This document shows, piece after piece, positions 1 to 13,500 of a DNA stretch of 64,000 bases; positions within the stretch are counted from its first letter, which is position 1; the number at the start of each line of letters is the position of its first letter. Origin of the DNA: Mobula hypostoma (Eukaryota). Under the pieces are notes generated by a model. The model saw only the letters and a program-made list of their open reading frames with translations. It was not told the origin of the DNA and did not search any database. The stretch lies in contig NC_086097.1 of assembly GCF_963921235.1 (NCBI RefSeq), forward strand, positions 159,838,001-159,902,000, written 5' to 3'. The position numbers and the translations under genes are program-made.

Positions 1-159
1 TGGAATCTAGAATTTTAAGGAATCTCTTCTATGATAATTTTGTTAGTTTCCAATTGCACAAATTCTTATGGAGTATTGCTTGTAGCAGAAAGCATCCTTT
101 AATCCAGACGTGATGGGATTGCTTGGGGTATTGTCTTCTTCATTTGTTATTTGTATGTA

Positions 160-428
160 CTTATTAATTTAGAGATGCTATGTGGAACGGGTCAATGAGC
201 TGCACCATTCAGCAGCCCACCTATTTAAACCTTACAGTGACCAATTAACCTACTAACCAGAATGTCTTTGAAATGTGGGAGGAGACCGGAGCATCCTAAG
301 GAAACCCATCTGTTCATGGACATACAAACTCCTTACAGATGGCACATGAATTGAACGCTGAACTCCAAACTCCGACACCCTGAGCTGCAATAGCATTGAA
401 CTAACCATTACACTACCATAGCAACCCA
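160..428 (-). mobile_element. V-SINE/HE1-like SINE, degenerate
   Basis: Reverse complement of the V-domain core (GGGTTTCC..GGATGCTCCGGTCTCCTCCCACATTTCAAAGAC...GGTTAATTGG); related copies at 3025 and 6560. Confidence 0.7.
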
Positions 429-3024
429 TGGTATGTGAGATGACTAATTTTAACAAATAAAGTATGATATACACTGTAAGATAACCCCAACAATATTTTT
501 GAATCAATAATCAATGCCATTTTTAGCCAGCTACTGATTCATTTTTGACTAAATGGTTCTCTGGGGGAAGGTAGTAGACCATATAATTACGATGCATTCT
601 AGAATACAAGTGACCCTGCATTGCAGTCATTCAGATTACAGAAATTTGCTCTTACTAAATTCACAAATCATTACTCAAATACTTCTGATATGGAATAAAA
701 TTTGCATATACAGAATTTTTGTGAAAAAAATGAAAAGTCAACACAACATTTCCCTCTTTTCAATTTATGTTTCTTGACACATATGTAGATGTCACGTAGT
801 TATTTTAAGGAAAAATGTAATACTGGCTGTTTCTACGAACGCCAACCTCCATAACCTGAGTGTTCTTTTAAGCCCTCTATTCAAAATCCATTGAAAAACA
901 AGTTCATATTCTAATTAAATTGCAGCTCAGATGCATAACTAAAAAAATATAACTGGTGAGAAATAACTTGGCAATAAATTTTTTTAAAAACTTCTACTCT
1001 TTGCATGAAGCAGGATGCCTATAAACTGAAAATGGATAATTTAAATCCGCAGTGGATTAACCTCTAAGTTAAAAGACATCGTGGAGTTAAACTCATATCT
1101 TCTTACTGAAAACCTGAATACAGAAAATTCTTTTTAAAGCAGTCACTGACCCCTTGCTCCTATTTCCATGTAGTTTGAATGATCCTGAGCAAAAGGAATG
1201 AGTGCAAACAGGGAGTTTAATACAAACTGCACAAATTATTTTTACAATTCTGATTTGGATTTAGCACATCATTGGTGCCTTAGATAGTGGCTACTTCTCA
1301 TAAAAAGGCATTAAATGATTTGAACATTATCTCATTCAGGCTATTTATATGGTGAGGGCACTATGGAAATCATTACCCAGAGAGGTTGTACAAGATTCCA
1401 GCTGAGTCAGTTAATTAATAAACTTATATCTCTAATTGAAAGTTATGCTGTAGGGCACTGAGATCCCACACCAATCCTAAGCACTTTCACTAACATCACA
1501 GAGAAAAAGATAATAATGCTGCCTGGGGGACTTATTTTGATATTCAAATATACTTTCACTTTAAAGAATTAGGTTTTATGTTTGCTGACTTGACATCCCA
1601 ACGAACAATTGAAGCTTCATATAATTACACATTTAATCTCCCAAAGCAACTGAACATTGACATTATTTATTTTGTCAAAATTGTTCTTAACTGAAGCTAA
1701 ATGTGATTTTAATGAAAATTAAACTTATTAAGCTGCATTGCAGTATCCAACCTGTTATAATCAATTGCATACAGTGTATCTCCTTTTTTGTGTGTATACA
1801 TACTATACACGTACTGCATATACACAAAACAACATCTTCCAATCCATTTTCCAATTTGACCCAATCCCTTAATCTATACTGGAGCTTTGCACTTGGTACT
1901 TACCTAATCATCTTTAGAAATCTAATATTGTTCCTGTTCCCCACACACTTTCAGGAAGTGGATTCCAAATATAAAAGAGCTTGCTTATTTTGAAAGCATT
2001 TCTTTATCTTTTCTCTGGTTCTTCTGTTACTTCCATAAATTCAGTTACTTGGGTCATCAGTCTACAGGAATAACTGAAATAAGTGTTTTTTTTTTAAATT
2101 TAATTTATCATCAAAAACATTAATGATCTTGAACATTTTGCACCTTCTTCTGCATCCTGTGGTAAGGAGAAAAACACTTTTTCTCTTATCTCCAGCTGAT
2201 ATCTTTCAGTTCTTTTTTAATCGTAGTAATCTCTATCCTTCCAGAAGTTTTGACATTTGTTTCTGAAGTCTTTCTCATGCCCATAGGTAATGGACCAGGC
2301 ACCTATATGTTAGAGCAATGAACCAGCACATAATTACTATGAAGAATGACTCAGAAGGAATAGCACAGTAAGATATAAACAGTTAAGAGTGATGCAGAAT
2401 ATGAAGAGGCATAGATGCTTAAAACAGCATATGTTTTGAATGTAGCATAAATAAGAAAGAATGCATTAGAATTGGCTTTTATTCAACAAGTTTAATATTC
2501 TGCTTATCATGTGCTCCATCCTCTTTTGTGGCAACCCATCAAATGCTTTCTGAATATCTAAATATGCTAAACCTACAAATTCCCCTCAATAGATACCCCT
2601 TTGCAAGTATTCATTGAAGCTCTTGATGTTCGTTTTGATATTACTTGTCACTTTCCCCTTTTAATAGAATTTCTCCCTCTTTTTAGTCCCCTGGAGTTGA
2701 TTCCTGAAAAGTTCCCAGTCCTTTGGTCTATTATTAGTTTCTGCCACTTTCTATGCTCTAGTTTTTAATTTTGTGCTCCTTTGTTATCATAGGTGATTCA
2801 TCATACTCCTGAGGCTATAGAATTGCACAACACACCTTCAGCCTACCTGTCCATGAAGTCATGGTACTTTCTACATTAATCCATTTGTTTTAGATTAGTA
2901 AAGAAAATTAGGAAAAAAAATTGGATTCGGAGTGAATATTACCAATAGCCCATCCTGGTCTGATCCCTTTAATGTCATGGCGAAGAAAAATCGATGTAAT
3001 AAAAGGAAAGTATAGAATTTATTT

Positions 3025-3326
3025 ATATTATTTTACTTAGAGATACACTGTGCAACAGGCCCTTCTAACACAATGAGCTTCACTACCCAGCCACCCACCT
3101 ATTTAACAGTAGCCTCACTAATCACAGGACAATTTACAAGAACCAATTAACCTAATAACCGGTACATCTTTTGACTGTGGGAGGAAACTGAACACGTAGA
3201 GTAAATTTACGCAGTCACAGGGAGAAAGTAGAAGCTCATTACAGACATAGTTGCAATTAAACTCTGAGCTGTTATGGCCTAAGCTGTAATAGTGTTGTGC
3301 TACCCAATCATTTATCGTGGCACCCA
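3025..3326 (-). mobile_element. V-SINE/HE1-like SINE
   Basis: Colinear with 160-428 (CCAATTAACCTA...CTTTTGACTGTGGGAGGAAACTG). Confidence 0.7.
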
Positions 3327-3459
3327 AGAAATAGTTATGGAGCGATTGAGCACAGTAACAGGACCTTCAACCTACCGATTGCTGCAACTTTCAAACACTT
3401 ATTTTACACTAATTTCAATTTATTTCATAATTTCCTTCAACTCTTTCTCAACACATATT

Positions 3460-3820
3460 AGGTAGCAGATGATTACGGTGGAGGGGATGCAGAAGAGATT
3501 CATCAGCGTACTGCAGGATTGCAACCCTATGGTTATTAGAGACTGACAAGGGTGAGTTTGTTTTCTCTGGAGTGGAACAGGCAGGCAGGCAACCTGATGA
3601 GGTGTATCAGATAGATTATGAGGGCAATAGTACTCTTTTTTTCCCATGATAGGGGTGTTTTAAGCAAGAAGACATTGGTTTAAGATTTAGAGATTGGAAT
3701 TTGAGAGGTGATTTATTTTCAAAGACAGTATTCACTGGAATTCACTGTATGAAGAGATGGCAGAGGCAGAAACATTATAAATTTACGAAGCCTCCAAACA
3801 AGTATTTAATTCCCACAGAA
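3460..3820 (+). mobile_element. CR1 LINE 3' fragment, highly degenerate
   Basis: GTGGAGGGGATGCAGAAGAGATTCATCAG (..Q.RF..) and downstream CR1 C-terminal-like sequence. Confidence 0.55.
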
Positions 3821-3834
3821 GACGACAGATCTAT

Positions 3835-4250
3835 TGGTATTGGCATTGGTTTATTATTGTCACAAGTACTGAGTCCTGAAAGGCTTGTCTTACATTCTGT
3901 TTATATACACAGTACCCTGAGGTAGGACAAGGTAAAACAATAACAATGCAGATTAAAATGGAACAACTACAGAAACAGTGCAGTGGAGGTAAACTATAAA
4001 GTAAGTGCAAGATCATAACAAAGTTGGTTGTGCGGTGAGGAGTCCATATTACTGTATTAGAGAACCATTTAGTAATCTTATTAAAGGGGGGTAAAAACTG
4101 TCCTTGAGCCTGCTGATACTGTACATGCTTCCAGGCTTCTGCATCTTCTGCCTGTAAGAGAGGGAAGGAGAGAATGTCAGGTAAGGGTGAGGTCTTTGAT
4201 TATCCTGGCTGCTTTTAAGATGCCAGTAACCAATCTTTGACCATTCTCCT
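3835..4250 (-). mobile_element. Rex1/Babar-type LINE 3' end
   Basis: Minus translation ..SRLKDSFYPPLIRLLN.. followed by an AATAAA tail. Confidence 0.6.
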
Positions 4251-4786
4251 GTCAGTAGAAATGGTTCCACCAGGCCTAGCAGCTAAACCACATGTGAAGA
4301 TCCTGAGCTGGACTTGGTCGTCAAGGGCTATTTGAGATGCACACATTGAGAGCATTTAGTAGGTAATGGGAGCTTATCACCACTGCCTTTCTCCACCCTC
4401 CCCGCTATCTATGAGAACCTTAGGGAACCTTCAGTACTTGCTATATCTTAAAAGTAGAACAACAAACTGTGAAACATGTGACCAAACTAGGGACTCTGTT
4501 TACCTTAGAACTCTGCTGATACATAGTGTATTATTTCCTACTCTTCTGTCAGTCTTTAGTCAAAATTTAGTTTTTATTTTTTGTATGTGCAAAGGAACAG
4601 GCCTTTCAGCCCCTTGAGTGAAGAAATAGTTTCTACTGAATGGTTTCTACTCTATCTACTGAATTTTTAATGGGATTAATTTACTGTAATTAGTAATCAG
4701 GGCAATGCAAGGATGATTTGCACAAGTTACCCTCATATTCTCAAGTTCAAGTTCGCATTTAATTTTCATTCAACCATACATATGAA

Positions 4787-5271
4787 CGAGGGGTGATTGA
4801 TAAGTCTGTGGCCTAAGGTAGAAGGAGTCAATTTTAGAAAACCTAGCACATTTATTTTTGCCACATTTACACACTTAGTCCAGCGGTCATGGAGCATACG
4901 GATCCCTTCTTTGTAGAACTTGGCATGTTGGACCTCCAGAAAGTGGTCCACAGCAGGAGTGATTGGTAAGTCCGTGGCCTAAGGTAGAAGGAGATGAGGA
5001 GAAACTTCAAACTTTCTGTATTTTCACTCAAAGAGTTGAACTGCACTTGCATGTAACAAGAGCTGTATAACTCATCTCCTTCTACCTTAGGCCATGAACT
5101 TATCAATCACCCCTGCTGTGGACCACTTCTACACAGAAGGGATCCGTATGCTCCACGACCGCTGGACTAAGTGTGTACATGTAGGAGGGGACTATGTTGA
5201 AAAATAAATGTGCTAGGTTTTCTAAAATTGACTATTTCTACTTAGGCCATGAACTTATCAATCACCCCTTG
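4787..5271. mobile_element. Mariner-derived foldback MITE with four TIR copies
   Basis: Outer TIRs CGAGGGGTGATTGATAAGT / ACTTATCAATCACCCCTTG followed by TA; inner TIR pair at ~4955-4998 and ~5071-5114; both arms carry the mariner transposase C-terminus (FYKEGIRMLHDRWTKCV; GGDYVEK* on the right arm). Confidence 0.85.
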
Positions 5272-5799
5272 TATATAGCTAAGCAAAGCAATGTCCTCTG
5301 GGGCCAAGTTACAAAACATAGTACCAACAGTCTCACACAGCACAAAGCACCTATGACATAGAACATACAGTTACAATAACAGAGAAGCTGACAGTCACAA
5401 ACAAAATAGCCCGTGATCCTGAGTAACTTGGCCTGGAGAATGATTGTACATGGGATGTTGTCCTGGGGCCACATTTCTGCAAGAACAAGCTAGCACATTT
5501 GCAGAGGAATGTAACCCAGCTTGTCTTCCCAGGAGTGAACAATAGCGCAGTTGCAGAGGAATGTAGCCCTTCCTGGAGTGAACACTAGAGGGCAGCACCA
5601 ACAGGAGGTGCTGACCCCCAACACAGCACAGATTCCAGCATGTTCGCTGCACATCTGCTCCCTCCCACACGGCTGGTCAGCACCACAACCGAGGTCACGT
5701 GGCTCCCTGCCATCAGACTTTCCAATGAGCCAGTGAACCTTACTTGAAGTATTCTACATTACCAATGTTCAACAAGTTCTTACAATCACAAGAAAAATG

Positions 5800-6400
5800 T
5801 CCAGGAGTTATCCACTATGGAACAGGCCCTTTGGCTCAGCTGGTTTAAGATAACCAAGATATCCCATCCAAGTTCCATTTGCCATTATTTGGATCACAAC
5901 CTCCTTAACTTTCCAATCCATGTACCTCTTCAACTGTCTTTTAAAATTGTTATTGTACCTACCTCAGCAAATTTCTCTGGCAGCTGATTTCAGATATCAT
6001 CCTTGGGTAATAAGTTGCCCTTCAAATTCTTGTTAAGCCTCTCCCGTCTTTCCATAGACCTACACCCTCTAGTCTTGATTTCCTGAATTTTGAAAAAGAC
6101 TGTGTGCATTCACCTTATCAATGTCTCTCATCATTTTATACTGCTACAACACTGCCTCTCACTCTCCTGTGCTCCAAGGAATAAAATCCTAGCCTATCCA
6201 AGCTCTTCCCTATAACTCAGTCCCTCAAGCCTTGGGCAGCATCCTTGTAAATTTTTTCTGCAGTTTTTCTAGTTTAATAACATCTTTCCTATAGCACAGC
6301 AATTAAAGCTGAACGCAATACTTCAAGTATAGTCTCACCAAAATCCTGTAGAACTGCACATGACCTCCCAATCTTAATCCTTGAAAGGTTAACATTCTGC
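5800..6400 (-). mobile_element. CR1 LINE 3' fragment
   Basis: Minus translation QFYRILVRLYLKYCVQ, a degenerate CR1 LY..LVRPHLEYCVQ motif. Confidence 0.7.
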
Positions 6401-6559
6401 TGAATCTGTGCTGTGCCCACTCCAGTTGTAGAATCATCACATCATAAAACATAAAATCACTTCTGGTCACCAGGTGACCATCAAACACTCATTATTATCA
6501 ATCCTACACTATTCCTATTTTTATGCTCTTCTCATTCCCAAAACTGCCCCATATTCTAC

Positions 6560-6740
6560 CACTCATCTACACACCATGGTTAATTAACAATGCCAATTAA
6601 CCTATCAACAAGCATATCTTTGGTATGTGGGAGGAAATGAGAGAAGCTGAAAAAAGTCCACCTTGTCACAGGGAAACCATGCACGCACCATAAAAGCAGC
6701 ATTGGAGGCCTGGGTTGAAGCTGTGTCACTGAAGCTGTGT
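6560..6740 (-). mobile_element. V-SINE-like fragment
   Basis: CCAATTAACCTATCAACAAGCATATCTTTGGTATGTGGGAGGAAA, same core as 160-428. Confidence 0.55.
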
Positions 6741-6959
6741 GACACTCAAAGCCTCCAGACGTAGAGTCTAGCCAAGGCTCTGGAGGGAAAAAAATACATT
6801 GATCCTTCCTTTCTGTGTTCCAGCACACAAAAGGGCTTCCAGTCCAAATGACCCCTGCATAGTAATTTCTTCAGTAACTTTCAGGGCAGTGAAACTGTTG
6901 CACATCCCTTACATGCACTTCAGATGAGCTGAGAAGCCACAAAAATTAGCCAAAAAAGA

Positions 6960-7572
6960 TGGGAGGAGAGAAGCAGTGCACGACGCCTGTGCGCAGGCCA
7001 CCGGTGAAAATTATATCGTATCTGTTAAATAGGGGCAGTGGACAATTCTGATTTGATGGAGAATGGACGTGAAAGCACAGAGGGACATCTGGAGAAATTT
7101 CTGAAACGCACGTTCGCTGCTGTCGTTACTGTGTGGTCGGGAATCTTTCGAAGGTTAGGCCTCAAAATCCCCGGCTTTGCTGTTGTTGGCGACCGAGGTT
7201 GAGGTCGAATCGTTCAGACAGAGATGGCACTCAGTACTCGGTGTCGGACAGCTGATCAGAACTTAAAGTTTTCGGATGACTCAGAGTCGGACTGTGGTCA
7301 GCATGGCAGGGAGAGTTCTTCCTTCTCCTGTCTGCATGAGATGTGGGACATTTGAGAGACTTTGAACTTTTACTGTGCTCATGGACTTCTTCATCAAGTT
7401 ATGGTATTGTTGCACTGTTGTAACTATATGTTATAATTATGTGGTTTTGTCAGTTTTTTTCAGTCTTGGTCTGTCATGTGTTTTGTGGATTCACAGCGGA
7501 GGAAATATTGTATCATTTCTTAATGCATGCATTACTAAATGACAATGAAAAAGGACTACGTGTCTTCATAAT
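6960..7572 (+). repeat. CpG-rich non-autonomous retroposon with LINE-like 3' tail
   Basis: Abrupt CpG-rich block in AT-rich DNA ending ..GCATTACTAAATGACAATGAAA..; resembles a recalled batoid repeat family. Confidence 0.45.
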
Positions 7573-8062
7573 TTAAAATATTAAAAGTAAGTTTATATTT
7601 AGAGCATATGTTTTGGATTCAGCCAAATGACAAAGTACATGGCAAAAAGTTGTTTGCTGCAGAAAATCTGACCCTCTTATGCAGAAAAATGGTGCACTTT
7701 TCAAATGTCACAGAAAGGCTGCATGATAGAAATTCGTGCCACAGGAGGAGGTCGTTTGGCCTATTCTGACCACGAAGGCCAGAACTTGTCTCCAGCTTAG
7801 TACCACTTCTCTGCCTTTAGTCTATAGCTCTGCGAGATAACGGTTTTCAAATGCTCACACAAACACCTAAATACTTCTTAAGCAGTTAAAGTTTGAGATA
7901 GTAAATTCTCTCAAGATCCTCAACTTGAATTCATACCTTATAGTTACTGGTTTCACTGCTTTTAAAAGAACATTTCCTTTCGGTTCATCTTGTCTGTAAC
8001 CTTGTATAATTAAATCTCACCTCTGTTTGCTTTGCGTTGAATGATATAAACTTAGTCTAGAC

Positions 8063-8307
8063 TACAGCAATAAATAATCTGCTGGAAGAACTCAGTAGGT
8101 GAACAGCATCTGTGGGAGGAAAGCAATTGTTGATATTTCTGGTCAAAATCTGCAACAGGACTCTCCTGATGCAGGTTTTCTGTCATTATCATTCAGATGC
8201 AGAGTTTTGACCTGAAGCATCGACAGTTCCTTTCCCCTCACAAGTGCTGGTCAACCTATTAAGTTCTCCAGGTTGCTCCAGATTCCAGCATCTGCAGTCT
8301 CTTATGT
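8063..8307. repeat. Inverted pair of Penelope terminal-repeat (pLTR) fragments
   Basis: CTGCTGGAAGAACTCAG...CAGCATCTGTGG on the left mirrors CACAAGTGCTGGTCAACC...AAGTTCTCCAG...CCAGCATCTGCAGTC on the right. Confidence 0.65.
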
Positions 8308-9885
8308 CGACCCTAGTCCAGATACTCTCTCTTTATAACTACAGGTTTGACAGAAACTATGCACCTTCTGCATTGGCATGTCATTGTTCTTGTAGTGGGA
8401 AAATCAGGATTGTGCACAGTATTCTAATTGTCACCCAACTATTATCTCATACAGTCCTAGTATGACCTCACTGCTCCTATATTTTTTGTCTCAACCGATA
8501 AAATCTTAATTGCTGCAAAACCTTATCTTCAGGATGCTGTCACAATTTTCTAGTCATGGAACATAGGTTTTTAATTGTCACTCATCAATACTATCAAGAA
8601 TGGCTCCAGTCTTTTAAAATACCGTAGGCATTTCCTAAATGAAGTACGAATATATCATGGATTCATGATTCAAGTGATTCATGTTAGCGTTCGGTTCCTC
8701 AGGTCTAAATGGTGAAGATTGATCTTCAAAGCACTGCATCAAGTGAACCCAAAAAAACTCATGCCCACACTTCTACTTTTTGGCTTGTCTCTAAAAATAA
8801 CCGATTTGCTTTTGCTGAATAAATTCCTTTAAAGTTAAATTTAAATTATACTCCACTAAATTGCTACAGAAAAGGCATACCGTATATTTTAAGACATTGA
8901 GTACCCTTTTGAGCTTCTTTGAAGTGTATTAGAAAATAATTGTATTTCATAATGGATTACAGAATGGTGATTTGTAACGCTGTGAAACCCAGTTTCCACA
9001 AATTTAAAATGCTTTCTTCATGGTTGCTTGAGCTAGATGGAGCTGTACGAGCAAGTATTGAAATTTCTTTCTGTTAGATTAATTGAAGGGCGCAGAAGAT
9101 ATAGATTTTTTTTGCCTGATAGGCTTACTAAAGCATTCAGCAAGAACATATTTGCATTCATCACTCTTGTATTAGCTTATAGACTAAAACATCCTGCAGT
9201 CAAATGTTGATTATGTCGTCTCTGAACGTTAAGTAATCGCCAAAGCTTAATACAAGGGAAGAGTGGCTACCACTGAGCTTCTGATCTCATGTATTCAAAG
9301 AATACTTCAATGACGTTGGATTACTTTTGTCACTGCTGTCCTCAATTATAAAAAATTTGCACAATAAACTGAAGGGACTTGGGTTTCTGTCCCTGTGATA
9401 TATTCAGCTTCAAAAGAGAATACCGAGAGTGATTTGTGGGTCTCCATAATGACACACAATTGGAATAGATGGCTTTGCTTGGTTGATGTACTTCAGAGGA
9501 CAGGGGAAGAAATAAAAGGTATTTATACAATGTTTTTCACATCCTCGTTAAATACCACAAAATGCTTCATAACGAATTTACTTTTGAAATATTTTCACTA
9601 TTGAAATATAGAAGATGCAACCGTTAATTTGCAGACAGCAATGTGATAATGAACAGATTATGAACCAGAATTTGAAAATGAAGGGGAACCATCAGACTCT
9701 CTGCTTAACATCAAAATGTGAGCTTACCTCGTGTGACAATCCCCCTGAGGAGTTGCATTTGGAGGCTGATGCAATCCCTCGCAGGCTATTTAGCATATCT
9801 ACAGGACCCTCTATGATATGAGGGTACTGTGTGAACTGAGGGAGAAACCAACCCCACCCCCCTACCTCCTCTGCCCCGTACAGAA

Positions 9886-10090
9886 TGGACACAAGAGATT
9901 CCGCAGATGCTGGAAATCCTGAACAACACACAGAAAATGCTCAAGGAACTCAGCAGGTCAGTCAGCATCTGTGGAAGGAAATAAAGAGTTGATGTTTCTG
10001 ATACTTCATCAGGACTGGGAAAAACGGGGGCAGAGGTCAGAATAAGAAGGTGAGAGGAGCACATATAGGCAGGTGCTAAGTGAGACAAAT
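9886..10090 (-). mobile_element. Penelope-like element 3' end/pLTR with degenerate hammerhead motif
   Basis: GCAGATGCTGGAAATCC...GGAACTCAGCAGGTCAGTCAGCATC; minus strand CAGTC-CTGATGA-AGTATCA-GAAAC-ATC at ~9986-10017. Confidence 0.7.
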
Positions 10091-11899
10091 GAACCAGTCA
10101 AAAAAATGAATTCTAGATATATCCTGGTGCCAGAAAATCCTTAAGGCTTCCAACAGTGGAGATGATTCATGCAATAGTGCAATGCTCCCTTAGTCCTCTG
10201 CCAATTTAGAGTATTATGCTTGAACTGCTTTGGGGAGATTTTGATATGGGACTATCACGCTATAGAACTAGTTCATTATAATCTGCTCAACTTTTGCAAC
10301 ATTTAACACCAATACAAAGCAAACTAAGTATTGTAGATACATAAACTTAAGTTTCAACAATAAATCCTACATCCGTTCTCCTCAGGGAGTAAGGCGGGGA
10401 CAAAAGGTATGAATGTGCACCCAAAGAGAAGCAGATTGTTATGGTTCAATCTTCGTTTGACTTCTTTGGGAACCTTTCTGTGTAAAGAATTACTTCCTAA
10501 TAACTATCTTGGTTCTACCTTACATGGTTTGCAATTATGACTTTTCTGCAGAGTCTAGAGTCTTTAACATTCTATAAACCAATTAAATAAATCTTAAAAT
10601 TCCACTAGCCACAAGCCAGAAATTCCTATGTTTGAACCTAACTTAATAACTATAGTAGCATAGTGATAATGCAAATGAATCACTGTGATGATTGTACGTT
10701 CTAGTATCAATTGTTTGACGACAATAAAGTATGAAATGTAGAAATATGGAGACCCAATAGCAGAGGAAGTTAAAACAGTTAATTAAATAAATTTGAAATC
10801 AAAGCCCATCATGAGGAAGTTAGGCTATTTTTTGCAAAAACACCTGAGGGGAGGATAACTGCTGCTCATATTTGGTCTAGGAGCTACAGATCACTCTAGT
10901 CTCGGGAATATCATTGACACTAATTCTGCCAGCGGACACTAACTTGGATATATTGAAGTATGAACACTTAAATGTAACAGAACATTAAATTCATGATTAG
11001 AGCACAACAAAAGTGGATAGATCTTATTTCTTTACAATAGTGTAAAGGAGTAATTGCAAACCTATGTATGCAGTGAATGCTGCTAGGTTCTCAAACAGGG
11101 TGGAAATCACTTCTTCAGTAGGAGCCCTTTAGGTAAAAGGGCTGTGGTGCTTAAAAGTTAAATTGTTGAACTCCTGGACTCAAAGGAGATCAAAGAAAAT
11201 GATGTTTGAACAGGAAGGTGAATGAGTACTGATGGTTGAATTTGTCATTTAGTTCACGATTGTCATTACTATGTAGTTAACTTTCTAACAGTAATCAGAA
11301 ACTGACTATTCTTCCAGGGTAGTTTTGATTTTAGAGCGATAGACAGGAAATTGCTTGACCCAATTCTCTATTTTGACTTTAGAAATTTCTTATCACCTCT
11401 GCCAGGAAATTACACTGTTTTGATGAGTCTATCCATTGCTAGGTCCAAGATAAAAATGCATTCTATGACTGGATGAACTATTTCTAGAATTGTTCTTACA
11501 TATGTAGTCAGCAAATCATGCAGACACTGAACTGTGAATCTCATCTAATCCAAACCTTGTATATCCATCTTCAGGTTTTCTCTTGTTTCTTATAAATCCA
11601 TCACTCACAAATTTAATCTAATTAACTTTATCCATTATCCATTTATCTGTTCATCCTTTATCCACCTGCTTTTCCAGATTTCCAGCATCTGCAGTCTCTC
11701 TCCCAAGGGTTGCTTATAAATGCAAGGCTGTTACATTTTGGAAAGTAGGACTTTCACATTGAATAGCAGGACACTGGGGAATGCTGTAGAACCAATGGAT
11801 CATAGAATCACAAGAAAATGCAATACTCTTCCCGGAGCAACATACAAAATACTAGGGGAACTCAATAGAACAGACGTCATTAAAGGAGGGAAGTGAATG

Positions 11900-12965
11900 A
11901 GCATCTGAAATAGGTTTTATTATCACTGACATCTGTTGTGAAATTTGTTGTTTTGAGGCAGCAAATACGGTTCAGACATAAACATTACTAAGTTACAATA
12001 AATAAATAATACACAAGAGGAATGGTGAATTAGTGTTCATGGGTTCATGAACCATTCAGAGGAGGAGAAGCTATTCCTAAAATATTGAGGGTGGGTTTTC
12101 AGGCTCCTGTGCCTCCTCCCTGACAGTAATAATGAGAAGAGGGCACGTTTCAAATGATGAGGATGCTTAATGATAAATGGTGTCTTCTTGAGGCACCAAC
12201 TTTTGAAGATGTCCTTGATGGTGGGGCAAGCTTGTGCCCCCCAGAGTAGGCTGAGTCTACAACTCTCTGCATCTCCTTTGATCCCATGCATTGGAGCCTC
12301 CGTTTCAGGCAATGATGCTGCCAGTCAAAATGATCTCCATGGTACATCTGTTGTAAGGATCAATAGCAAACTCAAGTACAGGAATCACAGAGATTTTGTC
12401 AATTCGAACAAACAAAAGATTTATTGCCCGACCCCGGCCCCCTAGGCCTAAGTCGGCATAGTAGTAATAGCAAAGATTTATTAGCTAAATTAAGGAGAAA
12501 AACTAACAAGAACTCTGGTAAACTATACAGAATCTTGATGAACAGAAATCACTGACAATACACAAAAGTCTGACTTTCACCTGATTAGGAACCACAACAA
12601 CCCTACAAAGAGGGGTTGGCAAGGCCGCCTGACATATACACTGGAGCACATAGGAATTCTGGATGTTGACAATACCATGCTAATTAGATTATCCCAAATT
12701 GAATGCAAGTGATAAAAACAAAGAGTTTAACAATCCCCATGATCCTAAATGAAATGCCTGCCAACACAGTGAAAAACCAGAGCGAGTGCAAAGACAAACA
12801 ACTAGACATAAAAGGTAAACAATCCAGGGACAATGCATTCCCACAAGGTGACACTGAGCAAATACAGACCACAGACTAACTGACACAAAAAAACTTAAAC
12901 GATCCCTGATCCTGACAGCTGTAGAGATTTGCTAAGGTTGTTGGTGACATGTCAAAAATCCTCAT
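11900..12965 (-). mobile_element. Rex1/Babar-type LINE 3' part, interrupted by a solo LTR
   Basis: Minus ORF ..HPHHLKRALFSLLLSGRRHRSLKTHPQYFRNSF..; the host resumes after 12922. Confidence 0.7.
12352..12917 (-). mobile_element. Solo LTR (566 bp)
   Basis: TG..CA termini with 10-bp inverted ends TGTAAGGATC/GATCCTGACA (1 mismatch); 5-bp TSD TCTGT/GCTGT; AATAAA on the minus strand near 12420 and 12478. Confidence 0.8.
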
Positions 12966-13139
12966 ACAAAATGCACAGTCAGTTCGAGACTCATCATCCG
13001 GACTGAAGGATTGAGGGGAGACAGTCAGTACAAAAAGTGGAGGGAAAAGGTAGAAGAGCTGGCAGGTGATCCAGGTGAAGTGGGGTGAGACAGAGATGGG
13101 GGAGAGTGCAAGTTCGAATTGCTCTAGAAGCTGGAGGTG

Positions 13140-13500
13140 ATTGGTGAAAGTGCACAAAGCATACAGTGATAAAATACTTTTTCCCCGGGCTACAGAATCA
13201 GGAATTAGAGGGTATAAGATTAAAGTGAGAGGGAAGAGATTTAATAGGAACTTCATGTGCAACATTTTCATACTGAGTGTAGTCAGTATATGGAATGAGC
13301 TGCCAGAGGAAGTGGATGAGGCAGATGCATTAACAACATTTCAAAGACCCTTGGTCAAGTACATGAATAGGAAAGGTTTAGAGGGATATAGACCAAACCT
13401 GAGCAAATGCGATTGACTTAGATGGCGACATATTGGTCTACATGGACTAGTTGTGCCAAAGGGCCTATTCCCATGCTGTATAACTCTATGACTCTGTGAC
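13140..13500 (+). mobile_element. CR1 LINE 3' end
   Basis: ORF ..RGYKIKVRGKRF...VVSIWNELPEEV..; CTCTATGA tail. Confidence 0.8.
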
